The notes beneath the pieces are model-generated. The model was not told where the DNA came from. It searched no databases and was given only the letters and a program-made list of their open reading frames with translations. DNA of 64,000 nt from the human T2T-CHM13v2.0 reference genome, Homo sapiens. The stretch is from assembly GCF_009914755.1 (NCBI RefSeq), contig NC_060941.1. One strand, given 5' to 3'. Of this stretch, positions 16,385 to 38,671 are shown piece by piece (position 1 is the stretch's first letter; every line of letters begins with the position of its first letter). Position numbers and translations under genes: made by a program.

Positions 16385-16639
16385 TCTAATTCTGCTGACT
16401 ACAGAGTCAGAAAGGGTTTAAAAACTATGGTGACAGGTGGTCTCCCAGCCAGAGCTGTGGTTTTGGAAGACATGAGGAAGACCACAACTCCTGAACTAGG
16501 ATGGGGGTTGGGATATGGAGAGGAGAAGGTGGACAGATGGATGCAGAAGCAGAGTGGCTGACACACGCTGCAACACAGATGGGTCTGAGGATGCTTCAGT
16601 GAGTGAAATCAGCCCATCACCAAAGGGCACGTGCTGTGT
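16385..16639 (-). repeat. Right arm of the ~250-bp inverted duplication
   Basis: Same alignment. The ORF track shows the shared peptide RVSATLLLHPSVHLLLSI on opposite strands. Confidence 0.92.
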
Positions 16640-16934
16640 GGTGGAGGAACATAGTCGCATGTGTGTTGTTGGGAGGTGGAGTTTAAGGTGGAAGAACCTC
16701 TTTGAGGGCAATTTGGCAGAATCCATCAAAATGGATTCCACCTGTGTGCAGAGAGGTGCATGGGAGGACAATTATCGCAGTACTGTTTGTGATAACAGAA
16801 AACTGGAAACAACCTAAACGGGCTGCTGTCTCCATCCATGTGATGGACCTGCATGTGTCGTCAGAGAACAAAGTAGCGAATGGTGATGGAAGTAAAGCTA
16901 GCAGTGACAAAATATTTACCACGTGACCGACATT

Positions 16935-17115
16935 GTCTAAGTGCATCTAATCTTGACCACAATCTCATGAGTTAGGCATTTTGTATCCATTTTACAAATA
17001 CAAAACTAAGGCAGCAAGAGGCTCCATGACTGCTCAGAGTCACACCCTAGTAAGGGATAGAGCTGGGACTGAACTCCTGCTGTTGGGCCCAGCATCCAGT
17101 CCCTTGGTCTCTACA
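16935..17115 (-). mobile_element. MIR fragment (others near 17570-17680, 28060-28195, 47510-47715)
   Basis: ccattttacaaatacaaaactaaggc...ctcagagtcacac...gagctgggactgaactc MIR core. Confidence 0.7.
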
Positions 17116-17237
17116 CTGAAACTGTTCATCCAGATGTCGTGAAGGACCTAGCTCTATATATCTTGGTAAGGGTGCAGAACATGCCACCATCTGCATAAAA
17201 GGGGGAAATACACATGCATGTTTGCATAAGTGCAAGA

Positions 17238-17432
17238 CAGCACTGTCCTGTAGAACCCTCTGTGATGATGGGAATGTTCTATATCTGTGCTGGCCAATCC
17301 TGTAGCCACAGGTGGCTGCTGAGCACTTAAAAGATTCCTAATGTGACTGAGAAATGGAATTTTGATATTATTTAATTTTAACTAATTTAAACAGCCACAT
17401 GGGGCTGGTGGCTGTCGTATGGGGCAATGCAA
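17238..17432. mobile_element. MER3-like hAT MITE (second copy about 36578-36765)
   Basis: ctgtgatgatgggaatgttctatatctgtgctg...gagcactt...tgtgactgagaaa. Confidence 0.8.
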
Positions 17433-19557
17433 GGTAGAATATAGACAGATGGATGTTAAAGAAAAGATCACCGGATTTTGTGGTTTGCAATCCCTACTTT
17501 TAAAAAACCTTCTGCAGAAGCATCATTGGAAGAACGGGTTTCATAACTGTTTATTTCAGAACCACTAATTTAATCTAGCCACTTCATTTGAGAGATGAGG
17601 AAACTTAAGGCAGAAAAGTTGAGTCACTTTCCTAAAGTCATATTCAGCTGCGTTAGTGTGAGGAGGAAGGAGCGGGTCACAGTTTGGTTTGGTTTGTTCC
17701 TCTTTAGAGCATCGGACATTCTCGTTTGCCAGGGGCTTCATTCAATCTGATGTCAGCTCAGTTCTTAGCATGGCCGGTCGGTTCCTGGAAATGGCGGCTT
17801 TGGGTGAAACCATGTGCTGTAAGCCATGGGAACTCAACTCTGGCCCATGTCAATTAGCCTGCGGTGAAACTGGTTTTGTTATACAGCGTGTCACCATTTC
17901 ACTTAATGTTACAGTGTCCAAGAACCTCCCAACATTAAGTGAGGACTTACTATAAAAGAAAGAAAGAACCAGACTTTTGTCTCCTGGGCTCCCAGAACTC
18001 CATGAGGAATCTTGCAGTGGCTCGCCCTTTCCTGAAGCCCCAGAGTTCATCCTGCCTCCTGCACACCCCAGGCTCAGGCTGTCCTGCCTGCCTGCACCAC
18101 AGCATGGGTGAACCATGGTAGGACCATGCTTCCCTGCGGTGTACTCCTCAGCGCCTCACACATGGAGGGCTTTGGAAATGTTTGTGTGGACTCTACTCCC
18201 AGCCTCGAGGGCTGAACCGCTAGTGAGTTGTGCAGATGGCTCATGAGGAGATTTCTCCAACATTTCCTTGAGGGAGCTGCTGGACACAGGTAAACACTCA
18301 GCAAGGAGCAGAATGGGGCTTCAGGGGGCTGCTAGTCCACTGAGCCTGGGTGACTCCAGGAGGAGAGGAGCCAGCAGAGCTATGCATGACCATGACCTTT
18401 TTTAGAAGCAGCAAGCAAGGAGGAAGAGTGGAATTAATGAAAATGAGGTAGCCAACTTAACAGAAAGGCAGAAGAGGAAAGAAAATTCCAGGGAAGTGTT
18501 TCCCCAGAGGCCTGAGCATGGTCCTAGGGGTCAGAAGATGGCAGGGAATCATCTGGGATCCGAGGTGAGGGCACAGAGAAGACCTGTTCTCAGGACGCCA
18601 AGGAAGAACTGGGAGGCCCCTGCTGAGCCGCGGGGCTTCGCCTGCGTTCGGGTGCTGTGTGAGGCTAGCACTGCCAGTGGAACTGCTGTTGGGCTGGAGG
18701 AAGTGGACCCAGCCAGGGGGCAGGAGGTGTTGGCCGCAGGCCCATGCTTGCAAGGCAACCAGACCCTGTGTCACAATGCCAAAGCCAGTTAACCTCGGGG
18801 AAGAAACGCCGTGGGTGGGGACTTCTGAGTGTTTGTCAAGTGAAAATGGAGGAAGCAAGAAAGACAGGGCCCCAGCTGCTCCTGAGATGTGTATCTTCTG
18901 TGATTCTGTCTCCAGGGAGGGACTGTGCAGCATCTGCCTGAACATCTCTGGGACACAGCCGTCCTCTCGCCATAGGAAGGCTCTTGTCCACAGAGGAGTA
19001 AAGGGAAGGGCGCTGCTTCCTGCACCAGCTCACCGTGGCCGCTGTCTCCATTTTCGCAGTCTCAAACCCTCGGTGCTTTCAGTGTGGATAAAAGAGTGGG
19101 AGGAACATTTAAAAAGTGAATTATTCCAAATTAGTCTCTAAATTTAATGCAATTCCGATTAAAATCCCAACAGACTTTCTTTATTCTTGAACTTAACAAA
19201 GTAATTAAAAATTCACCTGGAAGAATAAGCAACTAAGAAGAGCCAAAAAAGTTTAGAGAAAGAGTGCTGATGAAAGTGGGTTGCCCTGCCTGACTGGAAA
19301 GGTGCAATGAAGCCACGGCAGAGGAGACCCCCTTCACACGTCATTCTGCCCACCGTAGCGTTGCAGAAGCAAAGACACAGTGGAAACAGCCATGAGCATG
19401 GCCCCTGCAGCTCATGTTTCAGAATAGTAATGACACTGACTTGAACGGGTTGAGGAGGTCTGCATTTTTTTAAATCTTAAAAGATAAGTAGAAGTTGTCA
19501 GATTTGATTTGGGAGATAATGAGCCATATAAAATCTAAAGTAGAAAAATAAATAATT

Positions 19558-19870
<313 letters not shown>

Positions 19871-22800
19871 GATTAAAGCAATAATATGAACAGGAGCAGA
19901 AATGGAAAGGCATTCCAAGGAATCCCAGAGTTATTCCATGAGGGACAAAAGGTAGCTTTCCGCTGCCAGAGATGTGACTTGCCCTTTGCAGCAAATATAA
20001 AAGAAGTCACTTCAGGCATTCTGATTGTCTGTAGCTGTAGAGCAAACCACCCCGAAACAGTGGATTACAATAACATCTTCATTAACCTTATGAATTAAAT
20101 GTCTTTAATTTTTGCCAGTTTGATGAGTGAAAATGATATTTTACCGTTTTTATTTTCTGGTGAGACTGAACATCTTTTCATACATTTCAGACTATTTGTA
20201 TTTCCTCTTCAGTACATTACAGGTTCATTTCTCTGCCAATTTTTACTTGAGTTGTTTGTCTTTTTCTTTGAGACAGAGTCTTGCTCTGTCACCCTGGCTG
20301 GAGTGTAGTGGCACGATCTTGGCTCACCTCAACCTCTGCCTCCTGAGCTCAAGCAGTCCTCCCACCTCAGCCTCCCAAGTAGCTGGGACTACAGCTGCAT
20401 GCCACCACATTTGGCTAATTTTTGTATTTTTTTGGTAGAGATGAGGTTTCGCCATGTTTCCCAGACTGTTCTCAAACCCCTGGCCTCGAGCGATCCACTT
20501 GCCTCAACCTCTCAAAGTGCTAGGATTATAGGCATGAGCTACCATGTCTGTCCTCTTTCTTATTGATTACAGGAATATATTTTGAGTATTAGTCGTTTGC
20601 TATACATATATTGGTTTTAATTTTGTCATATAGAAACTTTCTTTAAGTCAGATTTCTTAATCCTTTCCTTTATACTTTTTGCATTTTGTGCCTTAGATGG
20701 CTTTCTTTCCCCAGGATTATAAGCCTATTCTTCTATATTTTTCTTTTTATAATGTTATAATTTTGGTTTTTAAGCTTAGCCATCTGGAACTCATCTCTAG
20801 GAAACAAGCGATGCGAGACTAATCCCTGGGAGAAGGGAAACTCCTGCAGTGATGGCCAGCTCACCAGCTCTCTGCCTGGGAACAATATCCACTTCCCAGT
20901 GCAGGGAGCTGGCCTCTGAGCAGAGCACAGCAGCCCCACTGGCTGAGGAGGCGGTGATCAGAGAGGGGCAGCCAAAGCTGCACATTTTATGGAATGGGGC
21001 ATCAGAAAGGAGGATGCTGTGAAGATAGGGGGCCCAGGAGTCTATGTGCAGGTCTCCACAAGTCATGGCCAAGGGTTGTGCTGTCCGTGTGCAGGACGAG
21101 GCCACTCGAGGTTTACCAGATAGTCTGAGATCAGAACAGAGGTACTAAAACTGGATGTGTGTGTACACTTGTCCCAGGCAAGGACCGAACACTGAATGCA
21201 CGGCAGGGAAGGAGCACAGGCTGCATTTGCTGAGATTTCACATGAAATGTTATGTGTGCATTTGCTTTGTATCCTCTCTGACCAGACCTTCAAAGTAAGT
21301 GTGATCCTCCCTGGGCTTTTATTGCACATGCTGAGCTCCAGTGAGGAATGAGCTGCTTTTATCCTCTGTGATCTGTAAACTGTTAAACTTTCCAAAAACT
21401 AAAAACTCAATCTGATTCCACAGCTGTGATAATAAAGACCAATTGGGAAAACCCCAGAGAGATTCAGGGAGTGAGACTGTTTAGATCACCATGAGCCTGA
21501 GACAGCTGGTTCCTGCAAGAATGAATGTACAGCATTTTCTAATCAGTCTCCTGCCTTTTTCCCAAGAAGCTTTGCTTTTTTCTTTTTGACTTTTGCAGTT
21601 AGTGTACACAGAGTCAGTTCATTCACAGACACCTCATGGAGGCACCTGGAGGTCCTTGGTGAAGGTAAAGAAGTACTGGGAATGCAGCCACGGAATCCAG
21701 CTGTGTCCTCGATTGAATTTAGCACAGTACACAATTCAGTGTGTACCCTGCAGCTTGTCCCCCCAGTGATTGATGTTTTTTACCAAATGTTAATAACCAA
21801 GGCAAGGCAAGTAACCAGGCAACCAAGGCAAGCGAAAGCATCTTCTAGAAGCAAATGCGCAGGCTGTGTGGTTTTGCTTTGCCCTGTCCTGCTGCGTTAT
21901 TCATGAGTGCTGTCTCTACATTCCCCCGTCTGCAACTTTAGTACAACCTCAACACTCTGGGAAGATATTCTTGGATATGCACTAAAATTAGATTTTTACC
22001 TTCCCATGTGTAATTCAATGTCTTCATTTTTCTCAAATGACTTTTGCTTCATTGAGGTGGACAAAATTCTGTATCTTACTTTTTTTTTTTCCTAAACCCT
22101 CCTAGAGACCTATAACCAGTTTTGGAGATGGTTGGACTGTTACCCTTTTATTAAACATCTAAGACTTTCATCAAAAAGTTCCATATTCCACTCAGAAATA
22201 TTGCTAAAGTATTTATATCCTGGGAAAAGTTAATTTGTAATTAGTAACTAGCATTTCCCTGGGTAAAAATAATCAGCAAGTTTCTTTCTGTTTTTGCTCC
22301 ACTTTTTCCTCCCCAAAAATCTTGTACATAAATTCCAAATGTTAGTGTTCAGAGTGGACACCACACTCTAGCCCCTTAAGACAATCAGGGTCCTTCCCTC
22401 CTTGTTTCCTTCTTCCCTCCCCCTCCCTGTCCTCCCTCCTTCTCTCTCCCCTTCCCTCCCTCCCTTTCTTTCTTCCTTCCTTCCTTTTTTTTTTTTTGAT
22501 AGGGTCTCGCTCTACCACCCAGGTTGGAGTGAAGTGATTTGATCATGGCTCACTGCAGCCCCAGTCTCCCCAGGCTCAAGTGATTCTCCTGCCTCAGCCT
22601 TCCCAGTAGCTGGGATTATAGGCATGCACTATCATGCCTGGCTAATTTTTACATTTTTTGTAGAGACAGGGTCCCGCCATGTTGCCCAGGCTAGTCTTGA
22701 GCTCTTGGGCTTAAGCACCTCCTGCCTCGGCCTCCCAAAGTGCTGGGATTTGTGAGCCATCGCACATGACCTCCTTTTTAATTGAGGTATAACATACACA

Positions 22801-23800
22801 TGTGCATGGGGGATGCTCACGAGGTGACCCAGGTCTAGAAAGCACAGCATTCAGCCCCCCAGAATCCTCTTCATGTTCCCCTGGTTACCAGCTTCCACTC
22901 AAGGATAACAATGATCCTAGTCCGTTTTATTCAGGGATGAATATCAAGGAAAATACCAGAAGGTAACAGCCTACAGAATGCCTGCTGGGCTGCTTTTCAT
23001 TTTCTTCTCATGGTTCTTTTGATGAACCTCTGAGTCTCAGATGAGTGGTCCTTGGGAAAAGACCTTACCATACTAACATCCCTGGGGTGGTCTGTGTTTC
23101 TTCTTAGTTTTGGCTGCTTCTGTGAGCATTGAGGACTGTCGCGCAGCAGCTCAGCCAGATTTCACCCCTCTCTACTTTAAGGCCTGTGCCAGCTCTAGTC
23201 ATCCCCTCGCCAAAAATGAGACTTTTCACCTCCATCCAGGGGTAGGTCCTGGAGTGAGTTCTCAGCTTGCTCCCTGGGGTGCCTAGGACTTGCCCGGCCA
23301 CCCATGTCCCACAAACTGCTGTTTTTCTGCCTGGTGCCCAGTATATTGGCCCTGCCCACACGAGTACCTTGCTGCCATGGCTTCCTTGACCTCTCTGGTC
23401 ACTGCAGTGGGACTGGATCTTAACCCACCTACCTGGGACCCACAGACCTTGCCTAGCTCCTGGCTGCCCAGGGCTGGATGCTTTTCCAGTCCAGGAAACC
23501 AGCCCCCAAGAGACTGGTGAATGATGGCATGATCCCATCGCTGCTGCCTGCCTCTTCCCTCCAACCCCCACGAACTGGCCCCCAGGGCCCAGGCTGCAGG
23601 AGCTCCTGGAAACTGTGCTAGCCCCAAGAAAGTCCTGGCTCCTGGAGGACTGATCCCCTTGCACTCCTTAGGCCATCGGCTGCCGTCAGCAGCCTCCCCT
23701 GCCTCCCCTGGGCTCTGCTGATGAGGGTGCAACACACTGCATAGCTCATAGCCTCTGTACGTGGTCTGCAAGGGAACAGTAATTTAAATGACATGGCTTT

Positions 23801-24122
<322 letters not shown>

Positions 24123-24416
24123 ACATGGCTTTGAATGAACTGAGAGCTCTGATAAAGCATAACTCAATTCATCTCTTTTCTGCAAGTCATCTTCCATCCA
24201 TGTGGAAAGTGTGAATGATACCAGTTGTGCCACATTGATACTGACCCCCTCGTTCCTGAAAATACACCTTAGAGCTCATGAAAGCACACCCCAGTTACTG
24301 GAAAGGAAGCCACTTTTGTTGTAAGCACAGCAGCAGAGCAGCCTCTGAGGTGCACAGGGCTCTGCAGGTTGCTGCTTGGCCTTATGTCTGAGTAAGGCCT
24401 AAGTACACATAGCTTT

Positions 24417-26336
<1,920 letters not shown>

Positions 26337-26921
26337 CACACGGCTTTGAATTGTCCCCCAGCTGCACTGGACTGGGAGTTGCTGGTGCTCCTGATGCTCA
26401 GCTAGAATTAGAGATAATTTTAGATGGCAACTAGGGGACTCGGTTGGGGTTGTTCCACTCTGAGATGAAAGGGAACGTCTTTATTTAGGAGTATAATGTT
26501 CTTGGAGCGAGTGTTATGTCACAAACCATAGTTGGGTGGCCTCTACCTCTGCCAACGTCAGCAATAAAAAGTCTGAGGCAGGGAAACTTTTTAGAGAGAA
26601 GAAGAGTGTTTCCTGATCATGGGCTTGGGCTTGTCTACCTGACTAGATTTGGACTTTTATAATAATTCTTTTTTAAGATGGTACACATTCTCCTTTTTCC
26701 TGTGTTGTTTCTCTGTGGTCTCACTGCTGCAGTGCCAGGATCTGCATTCAAATACGGCCGAGCCCCCAGAGCACCACCAGTGCAGTCTGTCCTGAGGCAC
26801 TGGACTCTCAGAGCTCTCCTGCGGGTTTCAGTCATTTTGTTTGGTTTTTCAACCATGGCTTTGATCTTGCCAGACTTTAGTCTCAACCTGTGACCCATTT
26901 ATAGTTACAGATCAAGAACTA

Positions 26922-26994
26922 GTGGTCACTTTGGCAACATACATACCAACATGGAAATGATACAGAGAAGACTGGCAGGGACCCTACACAAGGA
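26922..26994 (+). pseudogene. 3'-truncated, diverged U6 snRNA pseudogene
   Basis: gtggtcactttggcaacatacatacc...gatacagagaagactggcagggaccctacacaagga aligns to about U6 nt 1-73, including ACAGAGAAGA. Confidence 0.85.
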
Positions 26995-27009
26995 AAACAA
27001 AAAAATAAC

Positions 27010-30945
<3,936 letters not shown>

Positions 30946-31227
30946 TAGAGTTGGATTTTAGTTTCCTTATCACTGTGTACCAAGCAGCTGCTGGGGGCTG
31001 CACCCATCCCGATGGAGGAGCTTCTTTCTCCCCATGCAGCCTCATGCTCCCTGCTTGTTTGGTGTGCTGACGGGGCTGCTGAACAGGACGGGTTTTCTTT
31101 TCCCCCTGAGAAGCCTCCTACATTGTGGGGAGAAGAGTGTGGTAGGAAGAGCAATCCAGAGACAGTCTTGTAGGTCTTTAAGACCTTCTCATCTTGGTCT
31201 GCTTGTTGCGAATTGGGGTTATACAGA

Positions 31228-31395
31228 GATGGTGATGGTGGTAGTGATGACGGTGGTGGGGATGATGGTCATGGTTATGAAGGTAATGACGACGGTGGTG
31301 GGGATGATGGTCATGGTTATGAAGGTACTGATGATGGTGGTGGGGATGATGGTCATGGTTATGAAGGTACTGATGATGGTGGTGGTGGTAGTGAT
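31228..31395. repeat. 42-bp minisatellite x3 (31252-31377) in a (GAT/GGT)n background
   Basis: Unit ggtggtggggatgatggtcatggttatgaaggta(a/c)tga(c/t)ga(c/t). Confidence 0.92.
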
Positions 31396-31680
31396 TCCTC
31401 CTTGACCAAATAAGTCTGGGAAATGCTGGCATGTACAAAACTAATCAGGTGGGTTAATTTGAGAATAAGATATCTTTGAGCCTTTAATGACTCTCCTGAG
31501 GGATGGACAGAAATCCTCTACTGTTTTGAGCACTGAAGGCTTTTCCTCAATACTATTCTGTGAATGGATTTGGGCAACACCAGGCCATTCCTGGTACCAA
31601 AACAAAATGTACTCTGAGCAAATTTGGGAAGTTTATTCTTATGTTGCCTTACTGAAAAATCCAAAGGTAGATTCCCATCT

Positions 31681-33775
<2,095 letters not shown>

Positions 33776-33970
33776 TAAGAAATGCAGGAGTCCTAATTGA
33801 TAAACCCCACTGTGGGAGGGGGCTTACAGGCCTGAAGTAGAAGTTGGGATATTGATACCAGGTACAGATAACTCCTGAATGTTTGACTGCACCGTGGAAT
33901 CCCATCCTCAGCAAATCTTCCTCAGTTTCCCTTCTCAGGAATCTCAGCTTCATGGTTTCAAGACCTTGGC

Positions 33971-34467
33971 CAGCATTTTTCAAAGCCTATTCCAAAGAAC
34001 CAGCAAGCACCAACAAAAAGAATTCCCTGTTCAAATAAGTCTTGGACACTGTATATTGCATCACATTTTCAGAGAGCATGGTGCCTGTTAACACATTAAA
34101 GACTTCAAGAAGTCCTACATTAAGAAATCTATGTGACTGTTTAACACAGCATAGATCAGATCCACTTAACCTCTTTACTTATATTTGTTTGTTTTACTAC
34201 AATCACACAACAAGGGTTGGCAAATTTTCCCTGTTAAGGGCCACGTAATAGACTCAGTGGGTCAGGTGGTCCAGTCACAACTGTTCAACTCTACCATCGG
34301 GCTAAAGAGGCCATTGATCACTTTGTAAATGAATGTGCATGGCTGTGTCCCAACAAACCTTTATTTACAAAAACAGGCTATGAGCCAGATTTGGGACAGC
34401 AGTTTGCCAACCCCTGACCTAGAACCTCCTACAAAATGTCCCACAGAGCATACTTTGGAAAATACTG
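33971..34467. mobile_element. hAT-Charlie-type MITE with nested MER58A (34211-34416)
   Basis: Outer TIR-like ends cagcatttttcaaag/ctttggaaaatactg; inner TIRs caagggttggcaaa/tttgccaacccctg. Confidence 0.65.
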
Positions 34468-34735
34468 TGCTGGGTCCCGCTGTTGGTCACTCAAGAATTT
34501 CTTGTCAAGCATCGGGCACTATCATAAGAAAACAGGCAACAATAGAGACGTTCTATGCCCTCATGAGCTAGACAGATAATAAGCAAGCGAGTAGACTTAT
34601 AACAAGTAAAATTATAAATTAGCAAGGATAAGTGGTCTAAGAGCCCAGAGAGAAACTCAGTGCTGTGAGACAGAGTGACGGGGATCACATTTAGACCAGG
34701 GAGACTGCAGCGGTGATGTCAGAACTGGTGTTGGG

Positions 34736-35012
34736 GCTGGGCATAGTGGCTCCCGCCTGTAATCCCAGTACTTTGGGAGGCCGAAGCGGGTGGATCACTT
34801 GAGTTCAGGAGTTCAAGACCAGCCTGCCCAACATGGTGAAACTCCATCTCTACTAAAAATACAAAAATTAGCTGGGCATGGTGGTGCACACCTGTAATCC
34901 CAGCTACTTGGGAGGCTGAGGCAGGAGAATTGCTTGAACCTGGGAGGCAGATCGCACCACTGCACTTCAGCCTGGGCAACAGAGCAAGACTCCTCAAAAA
35001 AAAAAAGAAAAA
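34736..35012 (+). mobile_element. AluS within a degraded L2
   Basis: Alu dimer; flanks have L2 motifs (ggatttagtgacagattgg, gagtcaaagatgac). Confidence 0.8.
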
Positions 35013-35554
35013 CAAACTGGCATTGGAAGGTAGAGGAGGCAGCAGTGCAGAGCCAGGGCTATGGAGCAGCAGCAGCTGGGGAACACCTTGGTGTTGTCCA
35101 GGCCGTGGAAGAAGGCTGGTTGGCTGGATGCAGTTAGTGGGGCCAGAGAGGCTGTGCTGATCCAGGGAAGTGGAGGGGGCAGACCCCCATAGCTGGGCTG
35201 ATCTGGGGAGTCTGGGGCGGGAGAGGCGACAGAGCTTCCCCACAGCTCTGGTTTGGCCTCACCCACTAACCATGAGGGTGGTAGCAACGCAGACGGAAAG
35301 ACATAGAAGGATTTGAAATATGTCTCAGACAGAATCAACTGGATTTAGTGACAGATTGGTTGTAGGGGAGGAGGAGAGGAAGGAGTCAAAGATGACGCCC
35401 TGGTGTCTAGTTTGAAAGGGCCATTTTCTGAGATGGGGAGGGCATAGATATGTTTAAAAGCTCTGTTTCGATTATCCCACATCAGGATTTAAATAAAGTA
35501 CAAAGAAGGATCATAGCAATGACAAAAACTGAGCAAAGTAATTTAATTTTTAAG

Positions 35555-35583
35555 GTGTTAGAATTCTCCAAAAAAGCAGAACC

Positions 35584-35614
<31 letters not shown>

Positions 35615-36344
35615 TGTGTGTGTGTGTGTGTGTGTGTATGTAGAGAGAGAGAGAGAGAGAGGTGGGGGCTGGGGAGAGAGATTTATTCTAAGGAACTAGC
35701 TCGAGATTATAGAAGCTAGCAAGTCCAGCATCTGCAGGGTAAGCCAGCAGGCTGGAGACTCAGGGAAGAGCTGATACTACAGTCCCAATGTGAAGGCCAT
35801 TTGCTGGTGGAATTCCCTCTTCTTCAGTGAGGTTAGCCTTTTCTTTTAAGGCCTTCACCTGATTAGATGAGGCCCACCCACACTAACTGGGGTCATTTGC
35901 TTTGCCGAAAGTCTCCTGCTTTAAATGTTAAACTTGGGCCATGTGTGGGGGCTCATACTTGTAATCCCAGCACTTTGGGCGGCTGAGACAGGAGGATCAC
36001 TTGAGCCCAGGAGTTTAAGACCAGCCTAGGCAACATAGGCAGACCTCCATTTCTACAAAAAAAATTTTTTTTCAATTAGCTGAGCTTGGTGGCGCACATC
36101 TGAGATCCCAGCTACTCAGGAGGCTGAGGTGGGAGAATCACTTGACTCTGGGAGTTTGAGGCTGTAGCAAGCCATGATTGTACCACTGCTCTCCAGCCTG
36201 GGTGACAGAGACCCTGTCTCAAAAAAAAAAAAAAAAAAAAAAAAGAAAAGAAAAAAAACCTTCACAGAAACATCTAGAATAATATTTGGCCAAGTATCTG
36301 GGTGCCATGCCTATCCAAGTTAACACATGCAATTAACCATCACA
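35555..36344 (-). mobile_element. MLT2 (ERVL) LTR with (GA)n(GT)n(GA)n microsatellite (35588-35661) and nested AluJ (35936-36258)
   Basis: atttattctaaggaactagctc...tgattagatgaggcccacccaca...caattaaccatcaca. Confidence 0.85.
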
Positions 36345-38364
36345 GAATGTATTAAAATATTTAAATTACTTTTCTGTGGGGTGCTTTGTTTGTGAAGCAG
36401 GCTGTACAGGATTATTAAACATTCTGGGGGAAAGATTGTATTTAAATCATGTGAAGTCTGAGGGGCTGTGAAATATGCAGGTGGTGATGGCAGGCAGGCG
36501 ATTGCACAGCAAATCCGGAGCTGGATGGGAGAGCAGAGCTTGAAACACAGATCTGGGGGTCGTCCATGAAGAGATCCATGCTGTCTAATGCAGGTTCCTG
36601 GGATGATGGGAATGTTGTGTATCTGCACTGCCCACAGGGCAACCACCAACCACACCTGCTTTTGAGCACTTGAAATGTGGCAGATGTGACTGAAGACTGA
36701 ATTTTTAATTTCAATTTTCATGTTAAATAACCACATCATGTGTGGCTGCCATGTTGGACAGCATGGGCACAAATGGAATTTAAAGCCATTAAGAGTGGAG
36801 GAGAGCACCCAGTCCCTTGGTCTTAGGGAAGCATACAGAGGGAGGACCGAGGAACACACCTGGGAACCCCAGTGTTTGTTGTGGAGGTAGAGGAGGAGGA
36901 CACAGCAAAGGGGACCAGGAAGGAGCAGCCAGAGAGGTGGCCTGAGCTGGGGCCACAGGCTTCAGCGGCCTCACGGGTCACAGGTGTCATCTATGCATTT
37001 ATTCCCTCCCTGCCCTCTTGATGTCTTAGTGTCTGCTTTTCTGATACGATGTTGGAGAGATAACTGAGGAAATAGTGGGCATAAAAGCACTGAAAATAGT
37101 CAGAAGGCCTTTCTAACACTGTGCTGGGTGAAGCCCACACATGCACACACCTACGTCCTCCTGACAGTGTGTGTGCGTCACTCCCTGCAGTCATCCAGAC
37201 AGACTGGCTGCTTTGTCCTTGAATCAGCATGGCTGTATTGGAAAATTATGGACCTAAAAGTGTTTGTTCTCAGGCTCCAAATTGTGAGCCTTGCCTCCTG
37301 GGCCAGAGCCCCTGTGTCTGGCCCTAGTCTCTGCGATTCTGAGCGCAGAGGCTCCGCCAGCTGCCCAGGCCTCCCGCAGCCGTGGCAGCATGCAGTGGGG
37401 GCAGGCTGAGGCCATGGTATAGGCCCCTGCTCCCTACATGCAGGGTTGAATTTCTTCCCCAGACCAATCACCCGACCACCAGGGAGTGTGTAAGGCAGCG
37501 TGTGGAAGACTGTGGGTCTGTGATGAGAGTCTGAGTCAGCCCTGGATGTCTGGAATTTTTCATTTTAGGATCTGTTTGGCCTCACAGTAATCTTGAATTG
37601 GGTTGTGTCCCAGAGCCTAGGATTTTATTTGCTAATTACAGCCCGTTTGCCACTCTCTGAAGGAACAACCAGCCTCCTGTTTCCTAAATGCCCCATCCTG
37701 GCCACACTCTGGAGGAGCCACAGTGGCTGCAGTGACATTTCGCCACTTCTTGGTGTGTGGCTTGCCCTGGGGGATGCTGGCGTTCTTTTTGGTGAGAGAG
37801 GCCATATCTATCACAGTTACGGGTGTGGGTTTTCAAAGTAACGTATCCCAACAGGCAGACTCGTACCATATAAAACTGAGCACACGGGGGGAATCTTACT
37901 AGAGCAGAGAGGGGAAAGAGCAGGAAAGATTTCCTAAAAGTGTGTTAGAAGCTGGGATTCACAGGGAGCAAGTGGATGTGAATACAGCACATACCTTGGG
38001 TCATCAGGATGAGAGGCACATGTGTCCAGCCCCAGCCTGGAGCCGTGTTCCCCTATGTGCTCAGTGCCAGGGCATTTTTTTTTTTTTTTAATTTACACTT
38101 ACATCAGAAAGGGCACCAAGAGAAGCCTTTAATGTTTGTAAAACTATTAAAATCAAAATCTAAAAAGTATGTGATAGAGTTGTTGATAGCCCAGAATGTA
38201 TAGAAATTATGAGGTGTCCCCACCTGGATGGAAGCAATTAAACTATGTCTGACATTGGTATTAAGTAGAGAATTTCTGATAAAAACTAACAAGCATGTCT
38301 TCTATGATAGTAAAGAGATATATGATCACAGGGTGCGATTTACAGTCCATGAAAGATTTTGTCA

Positions 38365-38671
38365 TTTTGTTGTTGTTGTTGCTGTTTTGAGACAGAGTCT
38401 CACTCTGTCACCCAGGCTGGAGCGCAGTGGTACCATCTCAGCTCACTGCAACCTCCGCCTCCCAAGTCCAAGCGATTCTCCTGCCTCAACCTCTCGAGTA
38501 GCTGTGACTACAGGCACACGGCACTACACCTGGCTAGTTTTTATATTTTTAGTAGAGATGGGGTTTCATCATGTTGGTCAGGCTGGTCTCAAACTCCTGA
38601 CTTTAGGTGATCCACCCGCTTGGGCCTCCCAATAGTTCTGGGATTACAGTGGTGAATCACTGTGCCCAGCC
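38365..38671 (-). mobile_element. AluS with (TTG)n tail
   Basis: Alu dimer. Confidence 0.85.

Noticed and set aside
18457-19141. Overlapping 160-aa ORFs on both strands (similarly 23104-23771)
   Set aside because: GC-rich intronic sequence with few stops and no recognisable protein; an enhancer role is possible but cannot be supported from sequence alone.
19395-19408. agcatggcccctgc match to U6
   Set aside because: Only 14 nt, and the flanks do not align to U6.
31034-31438. His-rich, Met/Val-rich and Gly/Asp-rich ORFs
   Set aside because: They are translations of the 42-bp GAT/GGT minisatellite, with no splice or promoter support.
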